DNA of 63,401 nt, the filler included, from Pirum gemmata (Eukaryota): NCBI GenBank assembly GCA_002812295.1. It is 17 parts of 17 records of this genome, joined end to end, with 100 filler letters (N's around TTAATTAATTAA, not from the genome) between each part and the next. Parts side by side here need not be neighbours in the genome. Positions count along the whole stretch, not along the records: positions 60,065 to 63,401 come from PDIN01002834.1; 16 more parts are not named here. The stretch is one strand, 5' to 3'. Position numbers and translations under genes: made by a program. How positions within the stretch are numbered: the stretch's first letter is position 1; each line of letters opens with the position of its first letter. The notes under the pieces were generated by a model, which was given only the letters and a program-made list of their open reading frames with translations, had not been told where the DNA came from and made no database searches. Of this stretch, positions 60,165-63,401 are shown piece by piece.

Positions 60165-62168
60165 TTATAATTCATCATGATCGTCCTCCTGATCATTTTT
60201 ATCACCATAGAGACTAGCTATTATCGGATTACTTATACTTTCCAACTCTTGTTTTTGCAATTCCATCTCTTCTACCGATGCTATAGGGTTTTCATTTAAA
60301 AATTCCAAAGTAGAATCGGCTGATTTGACTAAAGTTTCTTGATCCTCTTGAGAAATTTTTTCGGCAAAATCTTCTTGAGCTTGCTTTTTCAATCTGTAAG
60401 CCACATTTTCCAATTCATGACGTGTTTCCACCGTTTTTCTTTGTTTAGCATCTTCTTCTTTATATTTGATTGCGTCTGCTCTCATTTTGTCAATTTGTTC
60501 TGTAGACAATCGATTATCTTTGTTATCAATAGTAATTTCTTGCTTTTTCCCGGTGCCTTTCTCTTCGGCAGAAACCATCAAAATACCATTGGCATCTACT
60601 TTAAAAGTAACTTCAATTTGGGGTGTACCACGAGGGGCAGCAGGAATGCCAGATAGATCAAAACTACCCAACAGATGATTATCTTTTACCATGGTACGTT
60701 CTCCTTCATAAACTTTGATAGTGACCGTGTCTTGGTTATCGGCTGCAGTAGAAAATATTTGACTCTTCTTCGTAGGGATATGAGAATTTAAAGGAATCAG
60801 TTTAGTCATAACACCACCTACAGTTTCGATACCCATGGTTAAAGGAGTAACATCGATTAATGTAACATCTACGTCCATTTGACCACTCAGGACTGCACCT
60901 TGTACTGCTGCTCCGAATGCGACAGCTTCGTCAGGGTTAATGCTATTGTTGGGCGCCTTTCCGTTGAAAAAATTCTTGATCAACTCTTGAACTTTAGGAA
61001 TACGAGTGGAACCCCCAATCATCACAATTTCATCCACATCCCGTTTTTCCAGACCAGCCTCTTCGAGTACTTTTTTCACTGGGTTCAGAGTATTTTTGAA
61101 TAAATCGGCGTTCAGTTCTTCAAATTTCGCGCGGGTGATAGTTTCAGAGAAATCAATACCGTCAATCATGGATTCTATTTCAATACGAGCTTGGTGTTGG
61201 GAAGACAAAGTGCGTTTGGCTTTTTCTACCTCACGACGTAATTTTTGTACAGAACGCTGGTTTTTACTGATGTCAATATTGTGTTTTTTCTGCCAGATGT
61301 TTTTAAAGTGGTCAATTACTCTTTGATCAAAATCTTCACCGCCCAAATGGGTATCCCCAGAGGTCGCTAATACTTCAAAAACTCCGTTGTCAATGGCAAG
61401 TAAACTGACATCAAAGGTTCCTCCCCCTAAATCAAACACTAAAACATTTTTTTCTTCTCCATCTTTATTCAAACCATAGGCAATGGCAGCTGCAGTGGGT
61501 TCATTAATGATACGACTCACGTTGAGGCCAGCAATCGCACCAGCGTCTTTGGTAGCTTTTCTTTGGGCATCGTTAAAGTACGCAGGTACGGTCACCACGG
61601 CATGTTTGACTTCATGTCCCAAATAAGCTTCAGCAGTTTCTTTCATTTTCGTTAAAATCATAGCAGAAACTTCTTCGGGTGCTAATTCACGCTCCCCAAC
61701 ATTCGAGGCTACTTTGATGTAAGGTTTAGAATTCTTATTGACCAATTGGAAAGGGAAATATTTGCTGTCTGCTTGAACATGTTTATCACTCCATTCCCGT
61801 CCAATAATCCGTTTAGCGTCGAAAATAGTGTTTTTAGGATTGGTGGTTAATTGATTTTTAGCAGCGTCACCGACCAATAGTTCTCCTTCGTTAGTGAAAG
61901 CTACATAAGATGGTGTAATACGGTTACCTTGTTCATTAGGGATAATTTCTACACGACCATTTGACATGACACCCACACAACTATAAGTAGTTCCTAAATC
62001 AATACCGATAACGGTTCCTGGTTTTTCATTGTTATTATTATTATTGTTATTATCATTATGGTTAGTACTAGTTTGCTCTTCAGCGTTGACTGAAGCCGGT
62101 ATAGTTATAGCTAGTAAAAGTACTATGGCAAGTAGTATCTGCCACCCCCAGTTTTTCGTTTTTGACAT
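60165..62168 (-). CDS. HSPA5: ER luminal Hsp70 chaperone BiP/GRP78
   Basis: Signal peptide, [43 protein letters not shown]-terminal HDEL; intronless, 667 aa. Confidence 0.97.
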   Translation of the reverse strand: MSKTKNWGWQILLAIVLLLAITIPASVNAEEQTSTNHNDNNNNNNNNEKPGTVIGIDLGTTYSCVGVMSNGRVEIIPNEQGNRITPSYVAFTNEGELLVGDAAKNQLTTNPKNTIFDAKRIIGREWSDKHVQADSKYFPFQLVNKNSKPYIKVASNVGERELAPEEVSAMILTKMKETAEAYLGHEVKHAVVTVPAYFNDAQRKATKDAGAIAGLNVSRIINEPTAAAIAYGLNKDGEEKNVLVFDLGGGTFDVSLLAIDNGVFEVLATSGDTHLGGEDFDQRVIDHFKNIWQKKHNIDISKNQRSVQKLRREVEKAKRTLSSQHQARIEIESMIDGIDFSETITRAKFEELNADLFKNTLNPVKKVLEEAGLEKRDVDEIVMIGGSTRIPKVQELIKNFFNGKAPNNSINPDEAVAFGAAVQGAVLSGQMDVDVTLIDVTPLTMGIETVGGVMTKLIPLNSHIPTKKSQIFSTAADNQDTVTIKVYEGERTMVKDNHLLGSFDLSGIPAAPRGTPQIEVTFKVDANGILMVSAEEKGTGKKQEITIDNKDNRLSTEQIDKMRADAIKYKEEDAKQRKTVETRHELENVAYRLKKQAQEDFAEKISQEDQETLVKSADSTLEFLNENPIASVEEMELQKQELESISNPIIASLYGDKNDQEDDHDEL

Positions 62169-62594
62169 TGGAATGTTTTGTTATTATTAATATTAATATT
62201 ATATTATAATAATTATGCTGTTTGCTCTTTTAATTAATAATGTAATGATATTGTATTTTTATATTTTTATATATGGAAAGTTTATTTATTTTATTCTCAA
62301 TTATTTTAATAAAATTAAAATGTTATATTATATTGCTATTATATTTATTTGATAAAATATTTTATTTTGTTATATTATTGAATGTTTTTGTTTTTTTGTT
62401 TTTGTTTTTTAGTTTATTCTTCATACTTTATATACTTTTTTTTTTTTTCTACAATGCAGGCAGCATAGCTGGTGGAGAGTTGGTGGAGGCACCCCTAATA
62501 AGTTGTGTGGAACAAACATAATCCCGAGTAGATCCCGAGAGTCCGAGTGTAATAATATTATTAAAAAAAAAATGCGTAGGCCTTTTTTCTAATC

Positions 62595-62765
62595 CGATGA
62601 TGATGTCATAAGTTTTTTTTTTTCTATATCAGTATATTATAATTACTAATAAAGAAAGAACTAGCTAAAAAGTATAAAAGACGTCATATTACTTCTAATT
62701 TTTAAATATAAGTCATGAAGTCATTATGCCACATCATCACTTCATCAATGACTCACCACGTAACA
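62595..62765 (-). promoter_or_regulatory. Cluster of bZIP/UPRE-like sites upstream of BiP
   Basis: GATGATGTGGC (62738-62728, one mismatch to GATGACGTGGC), TTACGTGG, ATGACGTC and TGAGTCA within ~170 bp. Confidence 0.3.
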
Positions 62766-63401
62766 CCAATTTCTGGTCAAATACAGCTTCAAATACCCCT
62801 ACCCACCTACCCCTCGACGTTAATTTCCGGTCAAATACCACCTACCTACCTACCCCTTGACGTGATGTATTATTTTAACGCTCCCTAAGTGATCAATAGA
62901 TCATTCTTCAAAGTTCACTCTGGCCTAGCAGAGTCGGCGTACAGCTAAACATTTACTAACCTCGTGATTCTGGAGTATTCTGGAATGTATTAATAATTAT
63001 ATGGCTATTATATTTATTTGATAATATATTTTATTTTGTTATAATATTATTGAATTTAATTATCGTGTTATTTATTATAATAAATAAATAAAATATAATA
63101 AGCTTTTTCCACTCTTTTTACTTCTTTTTTTATATCGTATTTTAGTTAGTAAAAATAAATAAAAACTTTTAATTATATTAATATATTGTTTAAATTTTTA
63201 AGTTTATTATGCGACCCTATTATGTTTTATTACTTGAATTAAATGGTTATAGTAATATAACGGTAATAATTTTGGTTATTTTTATAAATGTAAATTTATA
63301 ATTACTTATTTGTTATTGTTATTTTTATTGTTATTGATATTGATATTGATATTGATATTGATATTGTTATTGTTATTGTTATTGTTATTAATGTTATTGT
63401 T

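Noticed and set aside
60339..61326. Plus-strand ORFs antisense to BiP, and shadow ORFs over the trefoil, VWD, LINE and globin genes
   Set aside because: Expected antisense or alternate-frame shadows of real CDSs.
1..63401. Gene neighbourhood or cluster (secreted proteins, globin, BiP, LINE together)
   Set aside because: Each lies on a different scaffold joined by artificial linkers; adjacency is meaningless.

Overview
This is AT-rich, microsatellite-laden eukaryotic DNA and not one locus. It is 17 short scaffolds (mostly ~3.3 kb) concatenated with 16 artificial 100-nt linkers (N44-TTAATTAATTAA-N44), so nothing across a linker is physically linked. TTAGGG repeats, GT-AG introns and the gene content point to a unicellular eukaryote, possibly a non-animal opisthokont such as an ichthyosporean (inference only). 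Supported genes: ER Hsp70 BiP (HDEL); a long disordered protein ending in an atypical globin domain; a trefoil-domain membrane mucin; a Myxococcus-type Cys-repeat plus VWD protein; a secreted C-C-CC-C-C (knottin-like) precursor; a 7-exon DUF3712/Tag1-like gene reconstructed by hand; and several isolated exons. Mobile DNA: a jockey/I-like LINE (ORF1 plus APE part of ORF2), LINE and integrase relics, and at least seven MITE families. Most notable unexplained structure: (i) interstitial telomeric arrays that recur as oppositely oriented pairs, including inside a real intron and around putative exons; (ii) a GC-rich coding cassette whose 5' half is inverted between 61-bp inverted repeats and would give one intact ORF if flipped; (iii) a G-U-rich pre-miRNA-like hairpin; (iv) a satellite derived from a MITE end. 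All domain calls are by eye; no database was searched.
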